DNA of 64,000 bases, from positions 85,000 to 148,999 of the forward strand of contig JADJOU010000005.1 of the NCBI GenBank assembly GCA_016713645.1, in the 5' to 3' direction. Below the pieces are notes generated by a model. The model had not been told where the DNA came from, made no database searches, and saw only the letters and a list, made by a program, of their open reading frames with translations. Of this stretch, positions 29,328-38,896 are shown one piece after another. A program made the translations under genes and the position numbers. Numbering within the stretch: position 1 is the first letter of the stretch; every line of letters starts with the position of its first letter. Source of the DNA: Bacteroidota bacterium (GTDB taxonomy: Bacteria > Bacteroidota > Bacteroidia > Chitinophagales > JADJOU01).

Positions 29328-29589
29328 AAAAATCCATTTAGGAATACTAAAAATAAGGTTAAGAGAATGTTTAGAAAGTTGACCGAGTCAGTTTCCATTT
29401 ATTGTAGTGATCTGATTATTTAATAACAAATATAGGATAATTTATTAAATGTTAAAAAATTGATTAAAAAACCCAGTTTATCGTCAAGACTTTTTAGTTT
29501 TGTTCAACTAAATCTAAGATTGATGATGAAACTATACGCTAGCCTATTTTTCTTGTTTTTTTCTTTTCAATGGCCACGCTCAGGCGACC

Positions 29590-30309
29590 TTGACTTTGAA
29601 TACATTAAATCAAAACTATTTATCATTAAAAAACTTCTCCAATCCGTTTATCTCCCTCGATATTCCTGAGCCAGGGATAGGAACTATTGAATGGACGATA
29701 AGCACTGCCCAAGGAGAACAATTAATAAGGGGAGAAATTAAGGAGAAGTTCTTTATGGTTGGTCTAAATCCCATTGACCTCAACTTATTTAACACATGGA
29801 TTCCCAATGGCCCGAAAGGATTAGTGCTCATGAATGGCGGTAAAATCCCCACAGGAGAATTTGTGATAACCGTCAGTGTAGCCCTAAATAGCGCCCCTGA
29901 CAAAAAAGTCAGCGCTAGTCAATCAATTTCCCTACCTAAAATTCCACCTATACAACTTCTAGAGCCTTCTGAGGATTTTGTGTTCAAGAAAGACGATGTG
30001 CATTTTTCTTGGGGAATGCCTCAGGTCGAAGTAGAAGATAAACAATTCAAATTGCACATTCTTGAAGCAAAGGGGAAAAAACTCTTACAACCCGATTTAA
30101 ACGACAAGAATTTTGTCTTTGAGGCTCCCACAAATTCAATCTTATTTAAAATGCCTGAAGGCAAAAAAATCCTTGATTACGATAAACACTATATGTGGTA
30201 TGTCGCCTTAGAAGTGGATGGAATTACTTATGCCAATAGCCCTTTGCGCTATTTCTATTTTGATATCGTTGATGAGCATAGTCCAAAATATTTAGAAAAA
30301 CCCACCTAA
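29590..30309 (+). CDS. hypothetical secreted protein; the signal peptide lies in another frame from ATG 29523/29526, with the frameshift in the T7 run 29556-29562
   Basis: Frame 1 reads MMKLYASLFFLFF. Frame 2 continues LFNGHAQATLTLNTLNQ, and together they form a standard signal peptide with an AQA cleavage site. No recognisable domain. Confidence 0.55.
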   Translation: MTLNTLNQNYLSLKNFSNPFISLDIPEPGIGTIEWTISTAQGEQLIRGEIKEKFFMVGLNPIDLNLFNTWIPNGPKGLVLMNGGKIPTGEFVITVSVALNSAPDKKVSASQSISLPKIPPIQLLEPSEDFVFKKDDVHFSWGMPQVEVEDKQFKLHILEAKGKKLLQPDLNDKNFVFEAPTNSILFKMPEGKKILDYDKHYMWYVALEVDGITYANSPLRYFYFDIVDEHSPKYLEKPT

Positions 30310-30327
30310 GGCAGTAAAAATTAAATA

Positions 30328-30897
30328 ATGGAATTGATCGAACAACATATTCAATCCCTTATTTTCTCCTCAGCGCTTCCTGTTTCAATGCAAGAAATTA
30401 AAACGGTATTGAACAAGACTTTTGAACAAGATTTAGAAGAAGCTGAGATTCTGCAAGGAATAGAAAATATCTTCGCTCGATTTGCAACAGATACTTTTGC
30501 TTTTGAGCTTAAAAACACGGGCGGTGGCTATCAATTCTTGACAAAACCTGCATTTTTCAAGACCATACACCACCATATCAATCTTCAACAAAAGAAAAAG
30601 CTTTCGAGGTCATCTCTAGAGACCCTTTCTATTATAGCATACAACCCCGATATCACGAGGAGTGAGATAGAGCAGATACGTGGAGTTGCCTCAGATTACT
30701 CTGTAGACAAGCTCCTAGAAAAAGAATTGATTGAAATCTCTGGAAAAAAAGATGCCCCAGGCAATCCCATTATGTATAAAGTCAGTCAGAGCTTCTTGGA
30801 TTATTTTGGTATAAATACAATAGACGATCTTCCGAAACTAAAAGATATTGTTGCTGAAGAAGACAATACAATAGGCAGCGAATCCGCTAATGCCTAG
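30328..30897 (+). CDS. scpB: segregation and condensation protein B
   Basis: IQSLIFSSALPVSMQEI; LSRSSLETLSIIAYNPDITRSEIEQIRGV; PGNPIMYKVSQSFLDYFGI. Confidence 0.85.
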   Translation: MELIEQHIQSLIFSSALPVSMQEIKTVLNKTFEQDLEEAEILQGIENIFARFATDTFAFELKNTGGGYQFLTKPAFFKTIHHHINLQQKKKLSRSSLETLSIIAYNPDITRSEIEQIRGVASDYSVDKLLEKELIEISGKKDAPGNPIMYKVSQSFLDYFGINTIDDLPKLKDIVAEEDNTIGSESANA

Positions 30898-30911
30898 GTT
30901 ATGCGCCTGTT

Positions 30912-32291
30912 TTAGAATATTCTAAATAAAATTTTTCCTTGAACGCCTATGATATCTTTAGGTGCACTTGGCATTTGCTTAGGTCCTGTTCGCCATTGAT
31001 AGAATGGCTCAGCTCTAAACAAAAACCGCTTCCACTCATATTGAATCCCAAGTGAAAAAACGAGATTATCGAATACGGGGACTTTCTCTTTTTGAACAAA
31101 TTCTGAGGTTTCTGGCTTTGATCCCACCACTAAATACCTATAATCAAATGTTTGTGTTTGGTTGATATTCAACCTAGTGCCAATGCCAGGCGCTAAAACA
31201 AAATGATTGACAATCCTAAATTGATAATTCAAGTGAATGGGTATTTGAGTGACTGTTCTGGTGAAATGAATATCCTCTATTCTCGTCTGATTGGGAATTC
31301 CATGTTTAAATTTATCTCTAAAATTCTCTTCCGTCGCATCTTTAAAATCGCGTTCATCTTTGTAGCGACCTGCCTCAATGGTATTTGTTTCAAGGCCAAG
31401 AGAAAAAGACAATTTCTTGAAGAATCGAAACTCTGCCAATCCTCCCAATGCCCAAGACTTCTGTTTTAAAAACGTACTTACTCCAGCAAAAATCTCATAA
31501 AACTTAGATTTTGCAAGTGCTGGCTTTGGCATTTTTACAGGAATTTCATTGACGTCTAAATCCTTATTCTTTGAGGTCTTTGCGCTATCGATTTCCTTTG
31601 ACTCGGTGAGCGCCAACTGCACCGTATCGCCATTTTTAATGGGCGTTCTGGCCATTTGTTCTGCATGATTGACATTCGACAATTCGTTTGGTATTCCCTC
31701 TTTACCAACGATAACTAAGGTTTTTGTTGCTAATTTGCTCTTTTCTGATTCTTCACCCTTGGTCAATTGAAGTGGCGGAATATCGCTCGATTGTTCTAGC
31801 TTCGATTTTTCAGGATCCGCCAGCAAAGCCTTTCCTCCACGCAGCTGCACACGCATTGTTTGCTTTAAATGCTTATTCTCTCTTTTCGCCTCACTTAAAC
31901 TAGCCAATATCTCTTGATTATTTCGCTTCATTTCTTCCAACTCTGTTCTCAAATTTTGCTCTGCTGCCGGAATTTCATTCACTACAATTTCCTTAGATGG
32001 AATCTCATTTACTTCAATTGGAGCAGCTGATTGGGTAGAGCCGCTATTTCCATTTGAAACACTATTAGCGACTTCCACTGTTGAATAGATTTTATGCAAT
32101 GCTCTATTTTCGTTCCACAAAAAAGCAGTTGTGCCGATGAACAGAGTGGCAAAAATCCACCCAAATGCCCAGTGGTAATCGTTTTTCTTTTTTATAGAGG
32201 CTTGCACAACCTTCCATGACTCAGCATTGTATGCTGGCTGAATCTCTTCAAGCTTGCTTTTTAGCGCTTTGTCAAATAATTCTGAATTCAT
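30912..32291 (-). CDS. putative anti-sigma factor with a single TM segment, charged linker and C-terminal beta-barrel-like domain
   Basis: 4-bp overlap (ATGA) with the ECF sigma gene. TM segment WAFGWIFATLFIGTTAFLW, a long E/K-rich linker, and ~190 aa of alternating-hydrophobic strands at the C-terminus ending in F. Confidence 0.55.
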   Translation of the reverse strand: MNSELFDKALKSKLEEIQPAYNAESWKVVQASIKKKNDYHWAFGWIFATLFIGTTAFLWNENRALHKIYSTVEVANSVSNGNSGSTQSAAPIEVNEIPSKEIVVNEIPAAEQNLRTELEEMKRNNQEILASLSEAKRENKHLKQTMRVQLRGGKALLADPEKSKLEQSSDIPPLQLTKGEESEKSKLATKTLVIVGKEGIPNELSNVNHAEQMARTPIKNGDTVQLALTESKEIDSAKTSKNKDLDVNEIPVKMPKPALAKSKFYEIFAGVSTFLKQKSWALGGLAEFRFFKKLSFSLGLETNTIEAGRYKDERDFKDATEENFRDKFKHGIPNQTRIEDIHFTRTVTQIPIHLNYQFRIVNHFVLAPGIGTRLNINQTQTFDYRYLVVGSKPETSEFVQKEKVPVFDNLVFSLGIQYEWKRFLFRAEPFYQWRTGPKQMPSAPKDIIGVQGKILFRIF

Positions 32292-32884
32292 ATTCCTGTA
32301 TTTCTTTTTTGTTCAACGAGTTCGTACTTTCTTTTTTTTTCAATTAAAATCACCAAATTTTGTCGAGCACGCGCTAGATTAGATTTTGACGTCCCCTCTG
32401 AAATCCCCAATCGCTCAGCGATTTCTTGATGATTGTATCCATCAATCGCATACATCATGAGCACTGTGCGATAAGAGGGCGATAATTCTTGAACCAGTTT
32501 CAACAGCTCCTCCGCATTTAATTCATCTATAATATTGCTATCCATGGGCTTTTCATGATACGGCTCCAAGGAAATCACAGGCGTCTCTCTTTGTGACTTT
32601 CGGTAATAATCAATGGATGTATTCACTAAAATTGTTCTCAACCAAGCTTTAAATGGCTTTGTCATATCGAATTTAGCGAGATTATTAAATACCTTGATAA
32701 AACTATCATTCAAAACCTCCTCGGCATCCTCGGCATTATTGCAATACCTCAAGGATATGCTCTTTGCAAATGAATAGTGGGATTGATAGAGGTATTCTTG
32801 AGCAGCTGATACATTTTCTGTGCAAGCTTGCAATACCTCATAGAGGTTTTCTTCACTGTATTTTTTTGGCTTCTTGAACAACAT
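32288..32884 (-). CDS. RNA polymerase ECF-type sigma-70 factor
   Basis: Region 2 (AEDAEEVLNDSFIKVF..FKAWLRTILVNTSIDYYR) and region 4 (YRTVLMMYAIDGYNHQEIAERLGISEGTSKSNLARAR). Confidence 0.9.
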   Translation of the reverse strand: MLFKKPKKYSEENLYEVLQACTENVSAAQEYLYQSHYSFAKSISLRYCNNAEDAEEVLNDSFIKVFNNLAKFDMTKPFKAWLRTILVNTSIDYYRKSQRETPVISLEPYHEKPMDSNIIDELNAEELLKLVQELSPSYRTVLMMYAIDGYNHQEIAERLGISEGTSKSNLARARQNLVILIEKKRKYELVEQKRNTGI

Positions 32885-32960
32885 CTATATACATTACGCA
32901 TATCAAAATTAATCCGTTGCGTCATAAATAAAGTTTATTTTTGTCTGATAATCAAATCCT

Positions 32961-33575
32961 ATGAAATATTCAGTCCTATTGCTTGCGATTGCCATGATGC
33001 TGCAATCATGCACGAAGTCCAATCTAGAAGATGAGACCAATGAAATTTTAATTGAAGAGACCAATGATGAATTATTGGCCTTGGCAGCTAATCCCCAAAC
33101 GGCTATGCTTATTGAGGACCAAACGAAATCTGGCAGCGACAGGAAAAAATTCAAGCATCCTTGCTCTTTGAGAGCAGAGAGACTAGAATATACAGATTTA
33201 CCTGCGAAAATCGCCGATTACATTCAATCTCTTACAGATGAAAACATATACACGGTATTCATCCTCAAAATATCTAAATCTTCAGACCACTATCGCTATT
33301 CCGTTCGCTTAAATAGTGGCTTGCACGCTCATTTTGATCGCGATGGAAATCTAAAGAGACAAATCACCAAGAACAAGCGTTTTGAAGCAATTCGATTCGA
33401 TAAATTACCCCTTGACGCACAAACTTATCTCACAGACAAAATCAATCTCGAGAGCATCATCGGAATATTAAAGGTGACCAAAATGGATGATTCTGTGCGT
33501 TTTGTAGCGCGCCTTAGAGATAATTCGCGAATTCGATTTGATGCTGAGGGCAATTTGCTCAACATCATCAAATAG
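32961..33575 (+). CDS. PepSY-like (DUF2874-type) lipoprotein, two repeats
   Basis: Lipobox LLAIAMMLQSC. Two repeats of LP..x..YI....(strand) YSVRLNSGLHAHFDRDGNL / FVARLRDNSRIRFDAEGNL. Confidence 0.6.
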   Translation: MKYSVLLLAIAMMLQSCTKSNLEDETNEILIEETNDELLALAANPQTAMLIEDQTKSGSDRKKFKHPCSLRAERLEYTDLPAKIADYIQSLTDENIYTVFILKISKSSDHYRYSVRLNSGLHAHFDRDGNLKRQITKNKRFEAIRFDKLPLDAQTYLTDKINLESIIGILKVTKMDDSVRFVARLRDNSRIRFDAEGNLLNIIK

Positions 33576-33628
33576 TTGAGATACCGCATCATGGGCGACT
33601 AATGACTGCTCACGCTCATATAGATTTT

Positions 33629-33667
33629 AAAGGCTGTTTCCGTTCAAGAGCAGCCTTTTTGATTTTT
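33629..33667 (+). terminator. intrinsic terminator after the PepSY-like gene
   Basis: aaaggctg (14-nt loop) cagccttt followed by ttgattttt. Confidence 0.55.
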
Positions 33668-33752
33668 ATTAACGCACGCGGAATCAAAATTATATTTTAA
33701 TTTGTCCGAACATCAAAATAAACTATTTTTACTTTTCAAATAAAGAAGCATT

Positions 33753-34568
33753 TTGTCGAAGATTATAGAAACATTGAAGGATAAAGTATTTTGGATAAAT
33801 CTTGTCGTCGCGGCAATTTTTTTTAACATCCTCATTTGGCTAACCCTTCAATTTCTAAAAGTCTATACGCACCACGGAGAATCCATCACAGTGCCGAATG
33901 TAAAGTCAGTCCATGTAAACAAAGCGATGGACATGATTGAAGCCCTAGACCTCATCTATGAAATTGCAGATTCAGTTTATAATCCCGCTATAAAATCTGG
34001 AACCATCGTCGATCAGCAGCCTTTTGCTGGGGCGATTGTCAAGAGTGGTCGGACGATATATCTCTCCGTTTCAACGACAAAACCACCATTGGTCGAAATG
34101 CCCTCCCTCGTAGGAAAGAGCTCACTGAGATTTGCCAAAATAGAATTGGAGAGCAGGGGTTTGAGATTGGGGGAATTGACCTATATTCCCAGTCCTGAAA
34201 AGGATGCTGTACTTGAGCAAACCATTGGCAGCACGCCAATACGCGGAGGGATTATGCTCCCTAAAGGGACAACCATCAATTTGACTTTGGGTGATGGCCT
34301 GACTGGTCAATTGGTAGATGTGCCCATGCTCGTTGGCAGAAGCCGCGAAGAGGCAGAACTCATCATTCTTGGATACAATCTAACTGCTAATTTCTTTTAC
34401 GACATCGATGTGATCGACTCCTCGAAAGGAATTGTATACAAACAATACCCATCTGCATTTGACGAAGAAAAATTGAACTATGGCGAGCCAATCGATGTAT
34501 TTATTGGAACAAAGATTCCTGAATATATTGCAAAAGATACATTCAAAATGAATAAAATCAAGCAATAG
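33753..34568 (+). CDS. PASTA domain-containing membrane protein
   Basis: N-terminal TM segment and three PASTA-like units (ITVPNVKSV..; VEMPSLVGKS..; VDVPMLVGRS..). TTG start. Confidence 0.75.
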   Translation: MSKIIETLKDKVFWINLVVAAIFFNILIWLTLQFLKVYTHHGESITVPNVKSVHVNKAMDMIEALDLIYEIADSVYNPAIKSGTIVDQQPFAGAIVKSGRTIYLSVSTTKPPLVEMPSLVGKSSLRFAKIELESRGLRLGELTYIPSPEKDAVLEQTIGSTPIRGGIMLPKGTTINLTLGDGLTGQLVDVPMLVGRSREEAELIILGYNLTANFFYDIDVIDSSKGIVYKQYPSAFDEEKLNYGEPIDVFIGTKIPEYIAKDTFKMNKIKQ

Positions 34569-34601
34569 CAATGCTTGTTAGCAGATGCTCCACATTAAAA
34601 T

Positions 34602-36842
34602 ATGATTAAATCTATCTCCTTTTTTTTCGCTGTTTTTTTTACCACTTTTCAAGTAAATTTATTTGGACAAGAGGAGCAATTATTGCCCGTTCAATCCAAT
34701 GCGGCCTTAATTGAACATGCCACAAAACTAGGTCTAGCTAATTCTTCTACCATGCGCGTCATTGATGGAATCAATATCATCAAAACCGATACGCTTCCCT
34801 TACCCTTTATTGATGAATTTTCATCGTATACCCTAAAGCCCTATAAATTTACGTATTCTAGTCCTGATTCTTCTGCTTTAGTCGCTGGACAATGTGTAGA
34901 AAATTCAGGCGTAACGACGAGTTTGGTCCCATTTAATTTTGATACGACTTATTTCTACAAATACAATCTAGTTACAAAATCAATCGATTCTATTCCAAAG
35001 AACCCCATTCTAGTTCGGTTCTATGATTCATTGACACACTGCTTTGATACTGCGAGGTTGTATTATCTATATCCCCAAGCTTTTCGCATCGTTGCTACAG
35101 ATCCATTGACAGGAAAAACAATTGATAGCACGCCTATTCTTCACGACACCTTGCTGAGATGCGCCAGCGTTAACTATTTTCATTTCGATACTTTTTCAAA
35201 ATGGGTAGATAATTTTGCCTACGTCAATAATACGTTTCCAATCGATCCGCCAACCATAGGTGTTGCAACACTAGATGGCTTGAATGAATTTGGCTTGCCC
35301 TATAATAAGTCAGCCATCACGGCATATGGAATTGCAGACTACCTCACGTCTAAACCCATCAAACTCAAGGGATACAATTACAACGATTCTGTCTTTATCT
35401 CTTTTTGTTATGAGGCAAAAGGGCTGGGCGATGGTCCCAACGAAACAGATTCTCTCATCCTTGAACTGCTCGATGACAAGGGAAACTGGAATAAATTATG
35501 GCACAGGGCAGGATATGTCACTGAGGGGATTATCCCTGATACATTTGCACAAATCATCTTGCGCATACCGAACAAAGTCAGCAGTATTGATCCACAGTAT
35601 TTTTACAATGGATTTCAATTCCGATTTAAAAACTACGCATCGCTCACAGGCAATAACGATCATTGGCATTTAGACTATGTTCGTCTTGACAAGAATAGAG
35701 GCTTGCTCGATACATCGATGGATGATGTCGCATTTGTATATCCGGTGCCCTTTTTATTGAAAGACTATACACAAAAACCGGCTGACCATTTTGATCCCGC
35801 CAAAGATTTAATCGATACAATCGAAATACAAAATAGGGATAATGATAAAACCACATTTGCCAACAAGTATAGCGTTAGCGTAAATGTCTCCAATAGCGCA
35901 GTGCCTCTATTCTCCGTATCAGATAAGCCATACGGAACCTCTCGACTCAAGCTGCTAGGAGAGAATCCCAAGAAATTTAATATCCCCAAATTGACATCGG
36001 ATAGCATCGTGATTAGAACCCGTTTTTGGATGGGTGCAATTGACGATCTATGCGATAAAAACGATACAACGGAGGGCTTTCAAGTTTTCCATAATCTCCT
36101 TGCCTATGACGATGGCAGTGCTGAAAAAGCGTATGGCATTCAAGGCAATGGATTGAAAAAATTTGCCTATCAATTTGATTTGGCTAAAGAAGATACTCTA
36201 GCTGGATTGATGATTCAATATACGAATATTGATGAAAATGTACAAGATTTGGTTTTTAATATCACCATTTGGAGCTCAATAGAAGTAGGCACTGCGAATG
36301 AAAAAGTGATTTCAGAATTGGTCAATGTCAAACCAAAATATATTGAGCCCTATAATAAATTTGCCGTTTACGTTTTAGATACGCCACTCATTTTAACGGG
36401 CAAAGTCTATATTGGTTGGCTTCAGACAGACCTCAGAAATCTGCAAATTGGATATGACCGCAACAGCGCGCGAGGTAGAAGTAAAATGTTTGTCTTCAAC
36501 AATGGCACTTGGAAAGCATCAACGGTCCCACTCGATGGATCGCCCATGATACGAGCTATTATCGACGGGAACTATAAATTGTCCTCTTCTATTAAGCCTC
36601 TAGTTATAGAGGATTATCAAATACGCGTTTATCCCAATCCAGTCCAAGATGTTCTTCATATATCGAGTGCTACTGGCGACACTAAAACAGTTGAATTGAT
36701 CGATGTGCTCGGAACTTCACATATCAATACAACGATGAACAATCAAGCAGAGATAGATTGTCAAAACCTCCCAAGGGGATTGTATATTTTGAACGTAAAA
36801 AAAGAGGGGAAAATAGTTTATACAGGAAAAATTCTTAAGTAA
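34602..36842 (+). CDS. secreted protein of unknown function with T9SS type-A C-terminal sorting domain
   Basis: Signal peptide MIKSISFFFAVFFTTFQVNLFGQ. C-terminus IRVYPNPVQDVLHISS..VELIDVLGTS..LPRGLYILNVKKEGKIVYTGKILK is typical Por-secretion-tail. Confidence 0.75.
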   Translation: MIKSISFFFAVFFTTFQVNLFGQEEQLLPVQSNAALIEHATKLGLANSSTMRVIDGINIIKTDTLPLPFIDEFSSYTLKPYKFTYSSPDSSALVAGQCVENSGVTTSLVPFNFDTTYFYKYNLVTKSIDSIPKNPILVRFYDSLTHCFDTARLYYLYPQAFRIVATDPLTGKTIDSTPILHDTLLRCASVNYFHFDTFSKWVDNFAYVNNTFPIDPPTIGVATLDGLNEFGLPYNKSAITAYGIADYLTSKPIKLKGYNYNDSVFISFCYEAKGLGDGPNETDSLILELLDDKGNWNKLWHRAGYVTEGIIPDTFAQIILRIPNKVSSIDPQYFYNGFQFRFKNYASLTGNNDHWHLDYVRLDKNRGLLDTSMDDVAFVYPVPFLLKDYTQKPADHFDPAKDLIDTIEIQNRDNDKTTFANKYSVSVNVSNSAVPLFSVSDKPYGTSRLKLLGENPKKFNIPKLTSDSIVIRTRFWMGAIDDLCDKNDTTEGFQVFHNLLAYDDGSAEKAYGIQGNGLKKFAYQFDLAKEDTLAGLMIQYTNIDENVQDLVFNITIWSSIEVGTANEKVISELVNVKPKYIEPYNKFAVYVLDTPLILTGKVYIGWLQTDLRNLQIGYDRNSARGRSKMFVFNNGTWKASTVPLDGSPMIRAIIDGNYKLSSSIKPLVIEDYQIRVYPNPVQDVLHISSATGDTKTVELIDVLGTSHINTTMNNQAEIDCQNLPRGLYILNVKKEGKIVYTGKILK

Positions 36843-36874
36843 AACGCCTATTCCTCCTAAGAGAAAAGAACAAA

Positions 36875-37330
36875 TTGAACACCGGAGAACAAATACCTAT
36901 TCTGCAAAGGGAAAGTGGCCAAAAGCCTTTGCTCTATTTTGATGGGGATTGTTCATTGTGCAATAAATCTGTCCAATTTATTTTAGCCCACGAAAAAAAT
37001 GAGGAGATCCTCTTTGCCCCACTGAGCAGCATAAAGTCAAATGATTTAACGTTTCAAAATACAAATAATACAACGATTGCCGACAGTATCATTTTTTTAG
37101 AAAATGGCATTGCATATCAAAAGTTTGATGCAGTAATGCGCCTCATTAAATACCTCAAATTCCCCTATACACTATTTGCTGTATTCAAAATACTTCCATC
37201 GTCAATAGGAAATATTTTTTATCATTACATAGCGAAAAATCGCAGCCGTTGGTTTAAAAACAGCACCACTTGTTGGGTCGTTAATAATCAAAATGCTGCG
37301 CGATTTTTGAATACAAGTCTTGTTGCATGA
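36875..37330 (+). CDS. thiol-disulfide oxidoreductase DCC family (DUF393)
   Basis: LLYFDGDCSLCNKSVQFIL motif. TTG start. Confidence 0.75.
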   Translation: MNTGEQIPILQRESGQKPLLYFDGDCSLCNKSVQFILAHEKNEEILFAPLSSIKSNDLTFQNTNNTTIADSIIFLENGIAYQKFDAVMRLIKYLKFPYTLFAVFKILPSSIGNIFYHYIAKNRSRWFKNSTTCWVVNNQNAARFLNTSLVA

Positions 37331-38325
37331 AAAGAAAATTAATCATTGGAATTTCTCTTATCTTATTCGCAATTTATACAATTTGCGGCATTGATAATGT
37401 AGATTCTGCTAAACCAGTAAAATTGCGCATTTCTTCTAAAAGCAATATGAAAGAAGCTTTAGAAAGTATTCATGGTCAATTAAAATTAAAGCGCCCTTTT
37501 ACATTTACCATCTTGCTTCGTTTGATGCAAGTCAAAAAAATCAAACCCGGCTTGTATGAGATTAGCCCTTCTGAAAACAATTGGAGAATCGTTCGAAAGT
37601 TGATGTCTGGCAATCAAACCCCGGTTAATTTTGTCATCAACAATATCGTGCTCAAAGAAGACCTTGCTGGCAAGATTGCTGCCAATTTGGAAATAGACTC
37701 TGCTACCGTGATGGACAAATTAAATGACGCAAATTTTTGCCGTGATTTAGGCTATACAACAGAGAATATCCTATGTCTTTTTCTCCCCAACACTTACCAA
37801 ATGTATTGGAATATTAATTGGGACCAATTCATCCAAAGAATGGAAAAAGAAAATCGCATATTCTGGACAGATGAAAGATTGGAAAAGGCAAAGGCGTTAA
37901 AGCTTTCAAAAGAGGAAATCTATACCTTGGCGAGTTTAGTTCAAAAAGAGTATTACAAAAAGTCTGAGCGAAAAACCATTGCTGGCGTTATTTACAATCG
38001 CTTGAATAAGGGAATGGCTTTGCAAATAGATGCGACTTGTATTTATGCGACAAGAGATTTCACCGCACGAAGGGTGAATGAGACACATCTCCATTTCGCA
38101 TCGCCCTATAATACTTATATGAAAACTGGTCTCCCGCCAGGCCCTATTTGTATCCCAGAAATTGGTACAATAGATGACGCCCTCAACCTAGAAAGCCACC
38201 CATTTCTTTTCTATTGCGCCAAACCAGACTTATCGGGCTATCACGAATTCTCTACGAATTTTACTGCCCATATTCATACTGCTAGACAATATCAAAAGAC
38301 CTTAAATAAAAAGGGAATTCATTGA
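37327..38325 (+). CDS. mltG: endolytic murein transglycosylase MltG (YceG-like)
   Basis: LASLVQKE..ERKTIAGVIYNRLNKGMALQIDATCIYA..SPYNTYMKTGLPPGPICIPE. 4-bp overlap with the upstream gene. Confidence 0.85.
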   Translation: MKRKLIIGISLILFAIYTICGIDNVDSAKPVKLRISSKSNMKEALESIHGQLKLKRPFTFTILLRLMQVKKIKPGLYEISPSENNWRIVRKLMSGNQTPVNFVINNIVLKEDLAGKIAANLEIDSATVMDKLNDANFCRDLGYTTENILCLFLPNTYQMYWNINWDQFIQRMEKENRIFWTDERLEKAKALKLSKEEIYTLASLVQKEYYKKSERKTIAGVIYNRLNKGMALQIDATCIYATRDFTARRVNETHLHFASPYNTYMKTGLPPGPICIPEIGTIDDALNLESHPFLFYCAKPDLSGYHEFSTNFTAHIHTARQYQKTLNKKGIH

Positions 38326-38438
38326 TTTTTTGATGCGTATTTCTTTGCAACATTTGATAAATTAAGTAATTTTATGAAATCAATTGAATTAGATACACAA
38401 GTTCTGTTTAGTTTTGTCTTATAAATCATCCATCTAAC

Positions 38439-38840
38439 ATGAAATACATCTACACCATATTTATATTTTTTCTTGCGTTAAACAGCCAAGCACAATCGGA
38501 ATTGAGCACCCCCGCTAAGGTTTTCAATTGCAAAGATTTTAAGAATTCCCTTTTCAAAATAAAGACAAACGCCAATAGTGAAGAGTATTGGTTTGTAAAA
38601 GAGACCGATGTTTTACAAAAGGACATGGTCAATAAATCAGAGGCGGAGTCAACTTTATATTGGTTGGACTCTTGCGAATTTGTATTGATTTACAATAAAA
38701 TTTCAGGATTCCCTTCCTTAAATTTAAAAGACAAATACATTTATACGATAGATAAAATAAACGGCAATTCATTCTTTCTAAGAACATCCTACAAGGGCTT
38801 AGAAGTGATTCAAGAGCTGGAGTGGATTGAAGAGCGATAG
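38439..38840 (+). CDS. hypothetical secreted protein
   Basis: Signal peptide MKYIYTIFIFFLALNSQAQ. No recognisable domain. Confidence 0.5.
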   Translation: MKYIYTIFIFFLALNSQAQSELSTPAKVFNCKDFKNSLFKIKTNANSEEYWFVKETDVLQKDMVNKSEAESTLYWLDSCEFVLIYNKISGFPSLNLKDKYIYTIDKINGNSFFLRTSYKGLEVIQELEWIEER

Positions 38841-38896
38841 CACAAAGCGAGCTATCAGAAGCGATCGAAGATTAAACTTAAAGTAAAATATATATC

